Part shown: piece by piece, positions 47,518 through 57,013 of the stretch
Numbering within the stretch: the first letter of the stretch is position 1
How the letters are laid out: each line of letters opens with the position of its first letter
Origin: an uncultured Chloroflexia bacterium
GTDB taxonomy: Bacteria > Chloroflexota > Limnocylindria > Limnocylindrales > CSP1-4
Length of the DNA: 64,000 bases
Assembly (NCBI GenBank): GCA_963713975.1
Contig: OY970218.1
Span: forward strand, 3,552,001 to 3,616,000
Direction: 5' to 3'
The notes under the pieces: model-generated
What the model was told of the DNA's origin: nothing
Seen by the model: the letters and a program-made list of their open reading frames with translations, nothing else
Databases searched by the model: none
Made by a program: the position numbers and the translations under genes

Positions 47518-48512
47518 GGGTTGGGTGCCGCGGCAGCGGCGCTCTCATCGGCGGGCTGGTCCTGGCCCGCCGCGGGGGGTGCCGGCGACGGCGCCTCGGG
47601 GGCCGGCGACGGCGTCTCGGACGTCCCGGACGGCGCCTCGGGAGCCGGCGCGACGTGGCCGCGTCGCCGCGCGATCCGAAGGCGTCCCTCCGCCCGCCGC
47701 GAGGCCGATCCACCAAGGCTCAGGCCCCCGGGGACGGAGGGGGCCTCGAGGAGCGAAGTCAGCGCCCGGGCAAGCTGGGCCTCGCTTGGGACGCGGACGA
47801 TCCGTGCCCGTTCCACGAGGCTCATCTGGCCGTTCTCCTCGGAGACGACCACGGCGATCGCATCCGTCTGCTCGGTGATCCCGAGGGCGGCCCGATGACG
47901 GGTTCCGTAGCGCTCCGAGAGCGTCATCTCGGTGAGCGGGAGCAGGGCCGCAGCTGCCAGGATCGCATCGTCGCGGATGATCACCGCGCCGTCGTGAAGC
48001 TCGGTGCGCGGCATGAAGATCGTGCACAGGAGCTCGTGCGACAGGTCGGAATGGAGCATCACCCCGGTCTCTGCGATCTCCCCCAGGCCGGTTTCGCGCT
48101 CCAGCACGATCAGTGCACCGTGACCATCGTGCGATAGCTGTCCGGCGGCCCGGGAGACCTCGGCCGCGACATGCTCGACGCGCCGCTGTGCGGCGGGCGC
48201 GAACAGCCGGCCGACCTCACCGACACGTCCGATCCGCTCCAGCGCGCGCCGCAGCTCGGGCTGGAAGACGACCACCAGCGCGAACAACCCCACTACGGCG
48301 CCCGCCTGGAGCAGCTGCGTGAACAGGCGCAGCCCGATGAACTGGGCGAGGGCATATACGCCCAGGAGGACCGTCACGCCGATCACGAGTGTCACGGCGC
48401 GGGTACCGCGGATCAGGCTGAACAGCCAGTAGATGAAGAGCGCCGTGATGGCAATGTCGAGCAGGGTCGTCAGCGTGTTCTGCCGGACGAGCGAGTCGAC
48501 AAACGGGAGCAT
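47514..48512 (-). CDS. cdaA: Diadenylate cyclase CdaA/DacA
   Basis: Three TM helices, FQPELRRAL, LHDGAVII (DGA), GTRHRAALG (RHR), VVSEE. Confidence 0.93.
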   Translation of the reverse strand: MLPFVDSLVRQNTLTTLLDIAITALFIYWLFSLIRGTRAVTLVIGVTVLLGVYALAQFIGLRLFTQLLQAGAVVGLFALVVVFQPELRRALERIGRVGEVGRLFAPAAQRRVEHVAAEVSRAAGQLSHDGHGALIVLERETGLGEIAETGVMLHSDLSHELLCTIFMPRTELHDGAVIIRDDAILAAAALLPLTEMTLSERYGTRHRAALGITEQTDAIAVVVSEENGQMSLVERARIVRVPSEAQLARALTSLLEAPSVPGGLSLGGSASRRAEGRLRIARRRGHVAPAPEAPSGTSETPSPAPEAPSPAPPAAGQDQPADESAAAAAPNP

Positions 48513-48589
48513 CCTCGGGCGAGTGTACAACGGGCATCCTGCCGCCCGGCTGCCGGGTCCGCCGGGCGGGATCCCGCAGCCGGCCGGGC

Positions 48590-49567
48590 TCAGGCGCGCC
48601 CGGCCCTCGCGGCGGCGACGCGACCGACAGCTTCGTCGTCGTCGCCCAGCCCGACAAGCCGGTCCAGCAGGTCCAGCTTCTCGGTGGCCAGGGCCGACCA
48701 GCCGTGGTCGTCGTAGAGCTCGACCAGGGCGAGGTGCAGCCCGACGTGGTCCTGGCCGAGGGAGAGAGCGGCATAGCACGCGTCCATCGCGGCCGCCGGA
48801 CGACCCGCCGACCGGTTGACGGAGGCGAGGTCGAGCAGGCGCTCGAACGCGATGTCGGGGTCACCGGCGTCGATCGCGGCCTCGGCGGCAGCCTCGAGGT
48901 CGGCGGCGTCCACGCCGGCCGGGATGTCCCGATCCAGCGCGGACCGGTGGACGATGGCTGCCTGCGGCGGCTCCGCCACGGCCTGCGGCTCCATACCGGT
49001 TCCGGCATCGACCGTCGTCTGGCCGCCCGTCCCGCCCGGACCATCGGGTGCGGGCACGGCGACCGCCCGACCCTCCAGCACCACGAGGGCACGCTCGAGC
49101 GCGAGCTGACCCGGCTTGTCGGGCTCCGAGGCACGCAGGCGGGCGATCAGCCGCTCGAGGGTCCGACGCCGCTCCCGGCCCTCCGCGAGCTCGAGTCCCC
49201 GCCGGGCCGCGTCCACCGCGTCGGCCAGCCTCGCCTCGGTGACCGTCGCCCCTGCGAGCCGGTCGAACGCCTCGGCGGCCTCGAGGCGGCGGCCGAGGTC
49301 GGCGAGCGCGTGCGCCCTGCCGGCAAGGGCCGGCTCGTAGCGCGGTGCGAGCCGCAGCGCCGCCTCGTGGCAGCGGAGTGCCTCGGCCGGGCGCCGGGCG
49401 CGCGCGAGGGCCGCACCGGCAGCCGTGTGAGGGGTCGGTCGCTCGGGCGCGATGGCGGACGCCTCGGCGTACGCGTCCAGCGCGTCCTGGAGCCGCCCGC
49501 GGAGGGATGCGACGTGGCCGCGCTTGAGCGCATCCTTGTATCGCTCGTACAGCGCCTCGTCGCTCAT
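48590..49567 (-). CDS. Tetratricopeptide-repeat protein
   Basis: Repeated helical motifs ALDAYAEASAIAP, ALRCHEAALRLAP, ACYAALSLG; GGAGG SD. Confidence 0.7.
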   Translation of the reverse strand: MSDEALYERYKDALKRGHVASLRGRLQDALDAYAEASAIAPERPTPHTAAGAALARARRPAEALRCHEAALRLAPRYEPALAGRAHALADLGRRLEAAEAFDRLAGATVTEARLADAVDAARRGLELAEGRERRRTLERLIARLRASEPDKPGQLALERALVVLEGRAVAVPAPDGPGGTGGQTTVDAGTGMEPQAVAEPPQAAIVHRSALDRDIPAGVDAADLEAAAEAAIDAGDPDIAFERLLDLASVNRSAGRPAAAMDACYAALSLGQDHVGLHLALVELYDDHGWSALATEKLDLLDRLVGLGDDDEAVGRVAAARAGRA

Positions 49568-49598
49568 CGCCTGTCCTCCCGGCCCATCAACCCGCCGC

Positions 49599-50537
49599 TC
49601 AGCCGGCCAGCAGCTCGACAAGCAGCGCCTTCTGCGCGTGCAGCCGGTTCTCGGACTGCTCGAAGATGATGCTCCTCGGGCCGTCCATGACATCGGAGGT
49701 GATCTCCTCGCCCCGGTGCGCCGGCAGGCAGTGCATCACGACCGCGTCGGGCGCGGCCGCGAGTAGCCCGCCATTCACCTGGTAGGGCGCGAAGGAATCG
49801 CGACGTTCCTCCGCCTCGGCCTCCTGGCCCATCGACGTCCAGGCGTCCGTGTAGACCGCCGCGGCTCCGTCCACGGCTTCGCGCGGGTCGGCCGAGAAGG
49901 CGAGCCGGGCGCCAGTCCGCGTGGCGATCTCCCGGGCACGCGCCACGATCCGCTCGTTGGGCCCATAACCCACCGGGTGCGCGAGACGCACCTCCATCCC
50001 CAGGGTCGCACCCATCAGGGCCAGCGAGTGGTACACGTTATTGCCATCCCCGACGAACGCCAGCACGACCCCCCTCAAGTCGCCGAACCGCTCGTGGAGC
50101 GTGAACAGGTCGGCCAGCGCCTGGCACGGGTGCTCGCGGATGGTGAGGCCGTTGATCACCGGGATCGATGCCCGTGCGGCGAGCTCCACGACCACCTCGT
50201 GGGGACCGGTGCGGGCCATGATCCCGTCCACGAAGCGCTCCAGGTTACGCGCGACGTCCCCCACCGTCTCACGCCCTCCGAGGACGACGCCCTCGGTCAG
50301 ATAGATCGCATGACCCCCGAGCTGGGTCATCCCGGCCTCGAACGTCACCCTCGTCCGGAGGCTCGGCTTCTGGAACAGCATCGCCAGGGTGCGCCGCTCC
50401 AGGGGCGGGTTCGCGTGTCGCCGCTCCGTGGCGTACTCGGCCTTGAGCTCCACCGCACGCGTGAACAGGCGCCGGATCTCGTCCGCCGTCAGGTCGGCCG
50501 CGCTCACCAGGTTCCGTCCGCGAAGGCTGCTGGTCAT
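49599..50537 (-). CDS. argF: Ornithine carbamoyltransferase
   Basis: KPSLRTRVTFE, HPCQALAD, GDGNNV, DAWTSMGQE, HCLPAHRG, ENRLH. Confidence 0.92.
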   Translation of the reverse strand: MTSSLRGRNLVSAADLTADEIRRLFTRAVELKAEYATERRHANPPLERRTLAMLFQKPSLRTRVTFEAGMTQLGGHAIYLTEGVVLGGRETVGDVARNLERFVDGIMARTGPHEVVVELAARASIPVINGLTIREHPCQALADLFTLHERFGDLRGVVLAFVGDGNNVYHSLALMGATLGMEVRLAHPVGYGPNERIVARAREIATRTGARLAFSADPREAVDGAAAVYTDAWTSMGQEAEAEERRDSFAPYQVNGGLLAAAPDAVVMHCLPAHRGEEITSDVMDGPRSIIFEQSENRLHAQKALLVELLAG

Positions 50538-50558
50538 GGGTCTCAGTGCTCCTGGGCC

Positions 50559-50605
50559 GGGAAAGGCAATCGCCCGCGCCGCCGGACGGACCGGGGCGCG
50601 GGCGA
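50559..50605 (-). terminator. Intrinsic terminator after rpsI
   Basis: Minus-strand stem tcgcccgcgcc...ggcgcgggcga followed by ttgcctttcc. Confidence 0.55.
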
Positions 50606-50642
50606 CATCATCGCTTGTCTGGCGGCCGTGCCGCGGCGATGT

Positions 50643-51041
50643 CTAGCGCTTGGTGTACTGGGGGGCCTTGCGGGCGCGCTTGAGGCCGTACTTCTTGCGC
50701 TCCTTCATCCGCGGGTCGCGGGTCAGGAGGCCGGCCTGGCGGAGCGGCACGCGGTTGGTCTCCGGGTCGATCTGCAGCAGGGCGCGTGCGATCCCGTGGC
50801 GGATGGCGCCGGCCTGACCCGTGGTCCCGCCGCCCTCGACCTTGATCAGCACGTTGTAGCGGCCCTCGGTCCCGGTAACCCGGAACGGGAGGAACAGCTC
50901 CGCCTCACCGAGGATCCCGCCGAAGTGCTCCTCCGGAGTCCGTCCGTTGACGACCATCTGGCCCTCACCGGGGATGAGGCGAACGCGGGCCACCGCCGTC
51001 TTGCGGCGGCCGGTGCCCCAATAGAACGCGGGCGTCGACAT
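50643..51041 (-). CDS. rpsI: 30S ribosomal protein S9
   Basis: [44 protein letters not shown]. Confidence 0.98.
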   Translation of the reverse strand: MSTPAFYWGTGRRKTAVARVRLIPGEGQMVVNGRTPEEHFGGILGEAELFLPFRVTGTEGRYNVLIKVEGGGTTGQAGAIRHGIARALLQIDPETNRVPLRQAGLLTRDPRMKERKKYGLKRARKAPQYTKR

Positions 51042-51493
51042 CAGCGCTCCTTGATCACGCGAGCGGCGAGCGGCTCGGGCTTCTGGGCCTGGTGCGGGTG
51101 GTCATTCCCCGCGTAGACCTTGAGCTTCCGGAGCATCTGGGTTCCCAGGCGGTTGTGCGGCAGCATCCCCTTCACAGTCCGGCGGATGACCTCCTCCGGA
51201 CGGCGGTTGAGAAGATGACCCAAGGTCTCCTCCTTGAACCCGCCGGGATAGCCGCTGTGACGGGCGTAGACCTTGGACGTCAGCTTGTCCTTGGTCACGG
51301 TGATCCGCGACGCGTTGAGGACGATGACGTGGTCTCCGCTGTCCATATGCGGGACATAGGTGGGCTTGTGCTTGCCCTCGAGAACATGCGCGATCCGCGT
51401 CGCAAGGCGGCCGAGCGTCTCGTCCGTCGCGTCGACGACGTACCAGCGTCGCTCGATCTCGCTCTCTCGAGGCGTATAGGTCTTCGCGCTCAT
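51041..51493 (-). CDS. rplM: 50S ribosomal protein L13
   Basis: WYVVDA, LGRLA, GKHKP, HSGYPGG, KGMLP. Confidence 0.97.
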   Translation of the reverse strand: MSAKTYTPRESEIERRWYVVDATDETLGRLATRIAHVLEGKHKPTYVPHMDSGDHVIVLNASRITVTKDKLTSKVYARHSGYPGGFKEETLGHLLNRRPEEVIRRTVKGMLPHNRLGTQMLRKLKVYAGNDHPHQAQKPEPLAARVIKER

Positions 51494-52248
51494 TCCTCGT
51501 CTTCCTTGTCGTCCGTGCTCCGCCGTCCCAGGACGACGCGCCGGAGGCACAGCCCCTTTGCCGGGGCGGCTGCCCCGTTGAAGGCCGGCTCCCGCCCGGC
51601 GAGCGCCGCGCGGACTGCCGCTTCATCGATCTTGCCCGTGCCGACCTCCAGGAGTCCGGCAACCATGCGTCGCACCTGCCCCCGGAGGAACGAGTCCCCC
51701 CTGACGTCGATCGTCACGAGGTGACCCTTCTTCCGAACCCGGACCATGTGAACGGTCCGGACCGGTGACCGGTCCCCGCCCCCGAAGGCCGAGAAGTCGT
51801 GCCGGCCCTCGAAGACCGACCCGGCGCTCGCCATGGCGGCGATGTCGAGCGGGGCCCGTAACCCGAGCGCAGAGCGCTCGCGCAGCGGACTTCGCGGCCC
51901 GTTCCAGACGGTGTAGCGATACTCCCGGTACCGCGCCGCATAGCGGGGTTGGAACCCGTCGGGCGCCCGCCGCAGGTCGCGGATCGCGACATCCGGCGGA
52001 AGCAGGGCGTTGACCGCCCGCTGGAGCCTCGACCCGGGAACCGCGCCGTCGTAGGTGAATGCGATCACCTGCCCGGTGGCGTGGACCCCTGTGTCGGTGC
52101 GTCCGGCCCCGTCGACCACCACCCGCTCGCCCCGGTTGAGGCGGGCGAGAGCGATCTCGAGCTCTCCCTGGACCGACCGGGCGTTCAGCTGGAGCTGAAA
52201 CCCGGCAAAGTCCGTTCCGTCGTATTCACACCGGGCGCGGTAACGCAC
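51490..52248 (-). CDS. truA: tRNA pseudouridine(38-40) synthase
   Basis: [40 protein letters not shown]. Confidence 0.96.
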   Translation of the reverse strand: MRYRARCEYDGTDFAGFQLQLNARSVQGELEIALARLNRGERVVVDGAGRTDTGVHATGQVIAFTYDGAVPGSRLQRAVNALLPPDVAIRDLRRAPDGFQPRYAARYREYRYTVWNGPRSPLRERSALGLRAPLDIAAMASAGSVFEGRHDFSAFGGGDRSPVRTVHMVRVRKKGHLVTIDVRGDSFLRGQVRRMVAGLLEVGTGKIDEAAVRAALAGREPAFNGAAAPAKGLCLRRVVLGRRSTDDKEDEE

Positions 52249-52291
52249 GGCGCGCCCTCTCGAGCGCTCTTCGTCCGGATCGGGCCGTCGG

Positions 52292-52648
52292 TCAGACGAG
52301 CTCGATCTGGAAGATCTCGGCGGCGTCGCCCTTGCGCTGGCCGATGTGCACGAGACGGGTGAACCCCGACTGCCGATCGGCGTACTTGGGGGCGATCACG
52401 TCGAACAGCTTCGCAATGACGAGCGGCTCGTTCGGAAGCTCCGAGACGACCGTCCGCCTGGCGGCGAGATCCCCGCGCTTGGCGAGCGTGATCATGCGCT
52501 CCACCCTGCCGCGGATTTCCTTGGCCTTGGCCTCGGTGGTCTGCACCCGCTCGTAGCGGAGGACCGAGACCGTCAGGTTCTTGTAGAGGGCGAGGCGCGG
52601 ACCGCGCTTGCGGGAGAGCTTGCGGCCGTCGATCCGATGGGAAGACAT
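52292..52648 (-). CDS. rplQ: 50S ribosomal protein L17
   Basis: TTEAKAKE, ITLAK, GFTRL..RKGDAA. Confidence 0.96.
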   Translation of the reverse strand: MSSHRIDGRKLSRKRGPRLALYKNLTVSVLRYERVQTTEAKAKEIRGRVERMITLAKRGDLAARRTVVSELPNEPLVIAKLFDVIAPKYADRQSGFTRLVHIGQRKGDAAEIFQIELV

Positions 52649-52651
52649 GGC

Positions 52652-53650
52652 TCAGGCCTCCTCGTCGCCGTCGAACGGTGCTTCCGCGTCGTCGTCCTCG
52701 CCCAGCTCGACGTCAATCTCGGACTCGGGGAGGATGAAGCCACGCATGCGAAGGCGCTCCTTCATCTCGTCCAGCGACTTCTTGCCGAAGTTGCGCATTC
52801 GGAGGAGGTCGTCGTCCTTCAGCTGGAGCAGCTGCCCGACCTTGACGATGTTGTTGCGCTTGAGGGAGTTGTAGGCCCGCATCGGCAGGTCAAGCTCCTC
52901 GATCGGCATGTCCAGCATGTTCGGGGGGAGCTGCGGGACGCCGGCCGCCGCCCGATCAGGAGCCACGGTCGGCACGCCGATGGTCACGAACGGCTGGAAC
53001 TGGCGCACGAGCGTGTCCGCGGATCGCGACAGTGCCTCCTCGGGCGTGATCGTGCCGTCGGTCTCGATCTCGATCGTGAGCTTGTCGTAGTTGGTCATCT
53101 GGCCAACCCGCATGCCCTCGACCCAGTAGTTGACCTTGCGGACCGGCGTGAAGATCGCGTCGACCGCGATGACCCCGATGGGCAGGGCCTCGGAGCGCTC
53201 CGCGGCCAGGTAGCCGACACCGCGCTCGATCGTCAGGTCCATCTCGATCGTCACGTCGTCCGAGTCGATCGTCATGAGGACGAGCTCGGGGTTGACGATC
53301 TCGATGTCGGCAGACTCGGCGATGTCGGCAACCATCACCGGACCGGCCCCGCTCTTGATGAGCCGGAGCTGGACGGGGTGAGACGCGAAGCTCTTGAGGC
53401 GGATCTTCTTGACATTCAGGACGATCTGGGTGACGTCTTCCTTGACGCCGGGGATCGTCGAGAACTCCTGGTACACGTCGCGGATCTGGATGGACGTCAC
53501 GGCCGCGCCCTCGAGCGAGGACAGGAGCACGCGCCGGAGCGCATTGCCGAGCGTGACGCCGTAGCCCGCCTGGAGCGGACCGGCCTCGTACTTGGCGTAT
53601 GTGCCGGCCTCCGCCACGGGCTCGATCTGCGGGGTCTCGAGTTCGATCAT
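52652..53650 (-). CDS. rpoA: RNA polymerase alpha subunit (alternative start at 53659)
   Basis: GVTLGNALRRVLLSSL, GVKEDV, FTPV, RAYNSLKR, NFGKKSL. Confidence 0.97.
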   Translation of the reverse strand: MIELETPQIEPVAEAGTYAKYEAGPLQAGYGVTLGNALRRVLLSSLEGAAVTSIQIRDVYQEFSTIPGVKEDVTQIVLNVKKIRLKSFASHPVQLRLIKSGAGPVMVADIAESADIEIVNPELVLMTIDSDDVTIEMDLTIERGVGYLAAERSEALPIGVIAVDAIFTPVRKVNYWVEGMRVGQMTNYDKLTIEIETDGTITPEEALSRSADTLVRQFQPFVTIGVPTVAPDRAAAGVPQLPPNMLDMPIEELDLPMRAYNSLKRNNIVKVGQLLQLKDDDLLRMRNFGKKSLDEMKERLRMRGFILPESEIDVELGEDDDAEAPFDGDEEA

Positions 53651-53659
53651 GAAGGGCAT

Positions 53660-54286
53660 CTACCTCGAGTAGTACTCGACCACGAGCTGCTCATTGAAGT
53701 CGAGCGGCATCTGGTCGCGGCGCGGCATGGCAATCACGGAACCGGCGAGCTTGCCGGCATCCAGGCTCAGCCAGTCAGGCGCCTGGTGCGAGCGAAGGGT
53801 CTCCTTCACCGTCTTGAACAGCTCTCGCTCGTGATGCGAGGTGCGAACCTCGATCCGGTCCCCGATCTTGGTCGAGTAGGACGGGATGTTGGTCGGCACG
53901 CCGTTCACGGCGAAGTGGCCGTGGGCCACCATCTGCCGGGCCGCCGCGCGTGATGGCGCGAAGCCCAGGCGGAAGACGACGTTGTCAAGGCGCAGCTCGA
54001 GCGAGCGAAGGAGCGATTCGCCGGTGACACCGGAGTGGCGGGTGGCCTCGATGAAGTAGTTGCGGAACTGCTTCTCGAGGACGCCGTAGACACGGCGGAC
54101 CTTCTGCTTCTCGCGAAGCTGGAGGCCGTAGTCGCCAACCTTGCGGCGGCGGACACCGTGTTGGCCCGGCGGCGTCGGGCGCCGCTCGAACGAGCACTTC
54201 TTGGAATAGCAGCGGCTTCCCTTCAGGAAGAGCTTGAGCCCTTCCCGGCGGCAGAGCCGGCAGACAGCATCGGTATATCGGGCCAT
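53660..54286 (-). CDS. rpsD: 30S ribosomal protein S4 (Cys/Zn type)
   Basis: [35 protein letters not shown]. Confidence 0.98.
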   Translation of the reverse strand: MARYTDAVCRLCRREGLKLFLKGSRCYSKKCSFERRPTPPGQHGVRRRKVGDYGLQLREKQKVRRVYGVLEKQFRNYFIEATRHSGVTGESLLRSLELRLDNVVFRLGFAPSRAAARQMVAHGHFAVNGVPTNIPSYSTKIGDRIEVRTSHHERELFKTVKETLRSHQAPDWLSLDAGKLAGSVIAMPRRDQMPLDFNEQLVVEYYSR

Positions 54287-54299
54287 GGTCTCTCGGTGC

Positions 54300-54695
54300 T
54301 CAGACGCGGCGCCGCTTGGGCGGGCGGCATCCATTGTGAGGAATGGGCGTGACGTCGGTGATCGCGCTCACCTCGAGACCGGCGGCCTGCAGCGAGCGGA
54401 TGGCCTGCTCCCGGCCGGCGCCCGGTCCCTTGACGTAGACCTCGACCTGGCGCATGCCGTGCTCCATCGCGCGGCGCGCAGCCCCGTCGGCGGCCAGCGC
54501 CGCGGCGTAGGGTGTGCTCTTCCGGGAGCCCTTGAACCCGGCGATGCCAGCGGAACCCCACGAGATGACGTTCCCGGTGAGATCCGTGATCGTCACGATC
54601 GTGTTGTTGAAGCTCGCCAGAATGTGGACGTGTCCCTGGGGGACGTTCTTCCGCTCCCGGCGCCGCTGCTTTACGGCGCGCTTTCGATCGGCCAT
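54300..54695 (-). CDS. rpsK: 30S ribosomal protein S11
   Basis: [35 protein letters not shown]. Confidence 0.98.
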   Translation of the reverse strand: MADRKRAVKQRRRERKNVPQGHVHILASFNNTIVTITDLTGNVISWGSAGIAGFKGSRKSTPYAAALAADGAARRAMEHGMRQVEVYVKGPGAGREQAIRSLQAAGLEVSAITDVTPIPHNGCRPPKRRRV

Positions 54696-54712
54696 GCCTT
54701 AGCGGTTCCTCG

Positions 54713-55087
54713 TCACTTTGTCTTCTTCCGGGCGCCAACCGTCTTCTTCGGGCCCCGGCGCTGGCGGGCGTTGGTCTTGGTTCGCTGCCCCCGGACGGGG
54801 AGGTTGCGGCGGTGCCGCAGGCCGCGGTACGACCCGATCTCGATGAGGCGCTTGATGTTCAGCGCCACCTCGCGTCGGAGGTCGCCCTCGACCTTGAACG
54901 TGCGGTCGATGACCTCCCGGAGCCGGTTGACCTGCTCTTCCGTGAGGTCCCGGACACGCGTGTCCGGGTTGACGCTGGTCTGCTTGAGGATCTTCTGGCT
55001 GGATGACAGCCCGACTCCGTAGATATAGGTGAGCGCGATCTCGACGCGCTTCTCGCGCGGGATGTCGATACCGGCGATACGTGCCAT
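54713..55087 (-). CDS. rpsM: 30S ribosomal protein S13
   Basis: [30 protein letters not shown]. Confidence 0.98.
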   Translation of the reverse strand: MARIAGIDIPREKRVEIALTYIYGVGLSSSQKILKQTSVNPDTRVRDLTEEQVNRLREVIDRTFKVEGDLRREVALNIKRLIEIGSYRGLRHRRNLPVRGQRTKTNARQRRGPKKTVGARKKTK

Positions 55088-55091
55088 AACG

Positions 55092-55205
55092 TCAGCCCTG
55101 CCGCTGCTTGTGCTTGGGGTTCTCGCAGATAACCATCACGGTGCCGTGGCGCCGGATGATCTTGCAGTTGTCGCACCGCGTCTTGACGGACGCTCTGACC
55201 TTCAC
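55092..55205 (-). CDS. rpmJ: 50S ribosomal protein L36 (Zn type)
   Basis: Manual translation (M)[36 protein letters not shown]; below the ORF-track size cutoff. Confidence 0.96.
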   Translation of the reverse strand: MKVRASVKTRCDNCKIIRRHGTVMVICENPKHKQRQG

Positions 55206-55217
55206 CGGGTTCCTCGA

Positions 55218-55436
55218 CTACTTCAGGCGGTAGGTGATTCGACCCCTGGTGAGGTCGTAAGGAGACAGTTCAACGCGGACCCGGTCCCCGGGCAGGATCC
55301 GGATGAAGTTCATCCGGAGCTTGCCGCTGATGTGCGCGAGGACGCGATGACCGTTCTCGAGCTCCACCGCGAACATCGTGTTCGGCAGCGGCTCGATGAC
55401 GGTTCCCTCGACTTCGATCGCGTCCTTCTTCGCCAA
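55218..55436 (-). CDS. infA: Translation initiation factor IF-1 (TTG start)
   Basis: [37 protein letters not shown]. Confidence 0.97.
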   Translation of the reverse strand: MAKKDAIEVEGTVIEPLPNTMFAVELENGHRVLAHISGKLRMNFIRILPGDRVRVELSPYDLTRGRITYRLK

Positions 55437-55498
55437 CCTTGCTCCCTGGTCCTTCTCAGCACGAGTGTCGGCCCGTCCGGGCCGACACACGAACGGTG

Positions 55499-55527
55499 AG
55501 GATATCAAAGCTGAGCCGATCCGACAA
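55499..55527 (-). promoter_or_regulatory. Internal promoter for the infA-rpmJ-alpha operon
   Basis: TTGTCG, 17-nt spacer, extended -10 TGa-TATCCT; perfect 10-bp hairpin at 55465-55488 in the leader. Confidence 0.6.
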
Positions 55528-55539
55528 CACTGGACCCTC

Positions 55540-56328
55540 CTAGACCGCCGTCAGGATCTCGGGCCCGTCGGCCGTGATCGCGATCGTGTGCTCGTAGTGG
55601 GCGGACAGGGACCGGTCGACGGTGACGACCGTCCAGGCGTCCTCGAGCGTCTCGGTGGCCTCGGCGCCGAGCGTGAACATCGGCTCGATCGCGAGGCAGT
55701 GGCCGACGGCCAGCTCGATGCCGGGCGACCGCGAGCGGAAGTTGGGGACCTGCGGATCCTCGTGCATGGAGGTGCCGATCCCGTGGCCCACGTACTGGCG
55801 GACGATGCCGAAGCCACCGGCCAGCGCCACGTCCTCCACCGCGGCCGAGATGTGACCGATCCGGTTGCCCGGCACGGCGGCAGCGATTCCCGCCATGAGC
55901 GACAGGCGCGTCGCCTGCAGCAGGCGCACCGCGCCGGGGCTTCCGGCCGCCTCGCCCCCGCAGATGAAGCTGCGGGCACCATCACCGTGCCAGCCATCGT
56001 AGATCACGCCGACGTCCACCGAGACGATCTGGCCGGCAAGGACCTCGCGGTCGCCCGGGATCCCGTGGACGATCTCGTGATCGATCGAGATGCAGGTGGA
56101 TGCCGGATACGCATGGGGATCACGGGCGTCGTACCGCCGGCCCCCCAGGTAGCCCAGGAAGGACGGGATGCCGTCCGACGCCCGGATGTGGCGCTCGGCG
56201 TCACGGTCCAGCTCGGCGGTGGAGATGCCGGGCCTGAGGCTCTCCTCCACCAGGGCGAGCACCTCGGCGACGATTCGGCCGGCCGATCGCATCCGGGCGA
56301 TCTCGGCCTTGGACTTGCGGGTGATCAT
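55540..56328 (-). CDS. map: Methionine aminopeptidase type I
   Basis: [42 protein letters not shown]. Confidence 0.96.
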   Translation of the reverse strand: MITRKSKAEIARMRSAGRIVAEVLALVEESLRPGISTAELDRDAERHIRASDGIPSFLGYLGGRRYDARDPHAYPASTCISIDHEIVHGIPGDREVLAGQIVSVDVGVIYDGWHGDGARSFICGGEAAGSPGAVRLLQATRLSLMAGIAAAVPGNRIGHISAAVEDVALAGGFGIVRQYVGHGIGTSMHEDPQVPNFRSRSPGIELAVGHCLAIEPMFTLGAEATETLEDAWTVVTVDRSLSAHYEHTIAITADGPEILTAV

Positions 56329-56329
56329 C

Positions 56330-57013
56330 TCAACCCGCCGCATGCTCCGCGGCGGGAGCGATCCCGGCGGCCGTGAGCGCCACGTCGATGGCCGCGCCGA
56401 CCTCCGCGATGCCGAGGAGTCCGTCGACGGTGACCAGGACGCCGGACGACCGGTAGTGCTCGATCACCTCGGACAGGGCACCGAGCTGCTGGTCCAGCCG
56501 GGCGCGGATCGTCTCGGGCTGGTCGTCCACGCGCTGGTAGAGCTCGGAGCCATCGAGGTCGCAGACCCCGGCGACCCGTGGCGGACTGAACACCTCGTGG
56601 TAGGGGTGCCCGGACGCGCGGCAGATCCAGCGTCCGGACATGCGGCCCACGAGGACGTCGCCCGGGACGTCCACGAGGACGGCCGCCGAAACGGCCGCGC
56701 CGCGCGCCGTGAGCGCCTCGTCGAGGACCGCGGCCTGTGCCGCCGTCCGCGGGAACCCGTCCAGGATGACCCCTTCGGCCGCATCCTGGCGGGCCAGGCG
56801 GTCCTGCAGGAGTCGGACGGTGATCTCATCCGGGACGAGCTGCCCGGCGTCCATGTAGCGACGGGCCTCGATCCCCATCGGCGTCCCGTCCCGGACGGCC
56901 TCCCGGAACAGGGCACCGGTGGCGACGACCGGGAGCCCGAGCCGTGCTTCGAGCAGCGGGGCCTGGGTCCCCTTGCCGGCGCCGGGGGCGCCGAGAAGCA
57001 CGACCACGTTCAC
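56330..57013 (-). CDS. adk: Adenylate kinase
   Basis: GAPGAGKGTQA, TGALFR, LVPD, ILDGFPRT, QRVDD; GTGA overlap with secY. Confidence 0.96.
   Translation of the reverse strand: MNVVVLLGAPGAGKGTQAPLLEARLGLPVVATGALFREAVRDGTPMGIEARRYMDAGQLVPDEITVRLLQDRLARQDAAEGVILDGFPRTAAQAAVLDEALTARGAAVSAAVLVDVPGDVLVGRMSGRWICRASGHPYHEVFSPPRVAGVCDLDGSELYQRVDDQPETIRARLDQQLGALSEVIEHYRSSGVLVTVDGLLGIAEVGAAIDVALTAAGIAPAAEHAAG

Noticed and set aside
49599-50537. N-succinyl- or N-acetylornithine transcarbamylase because of SLRT instead of STRT
   Set aside because: The DxxxSMG ornithine-binding loop and HCLPAHRG are intact, which fits an ordinary OTCase
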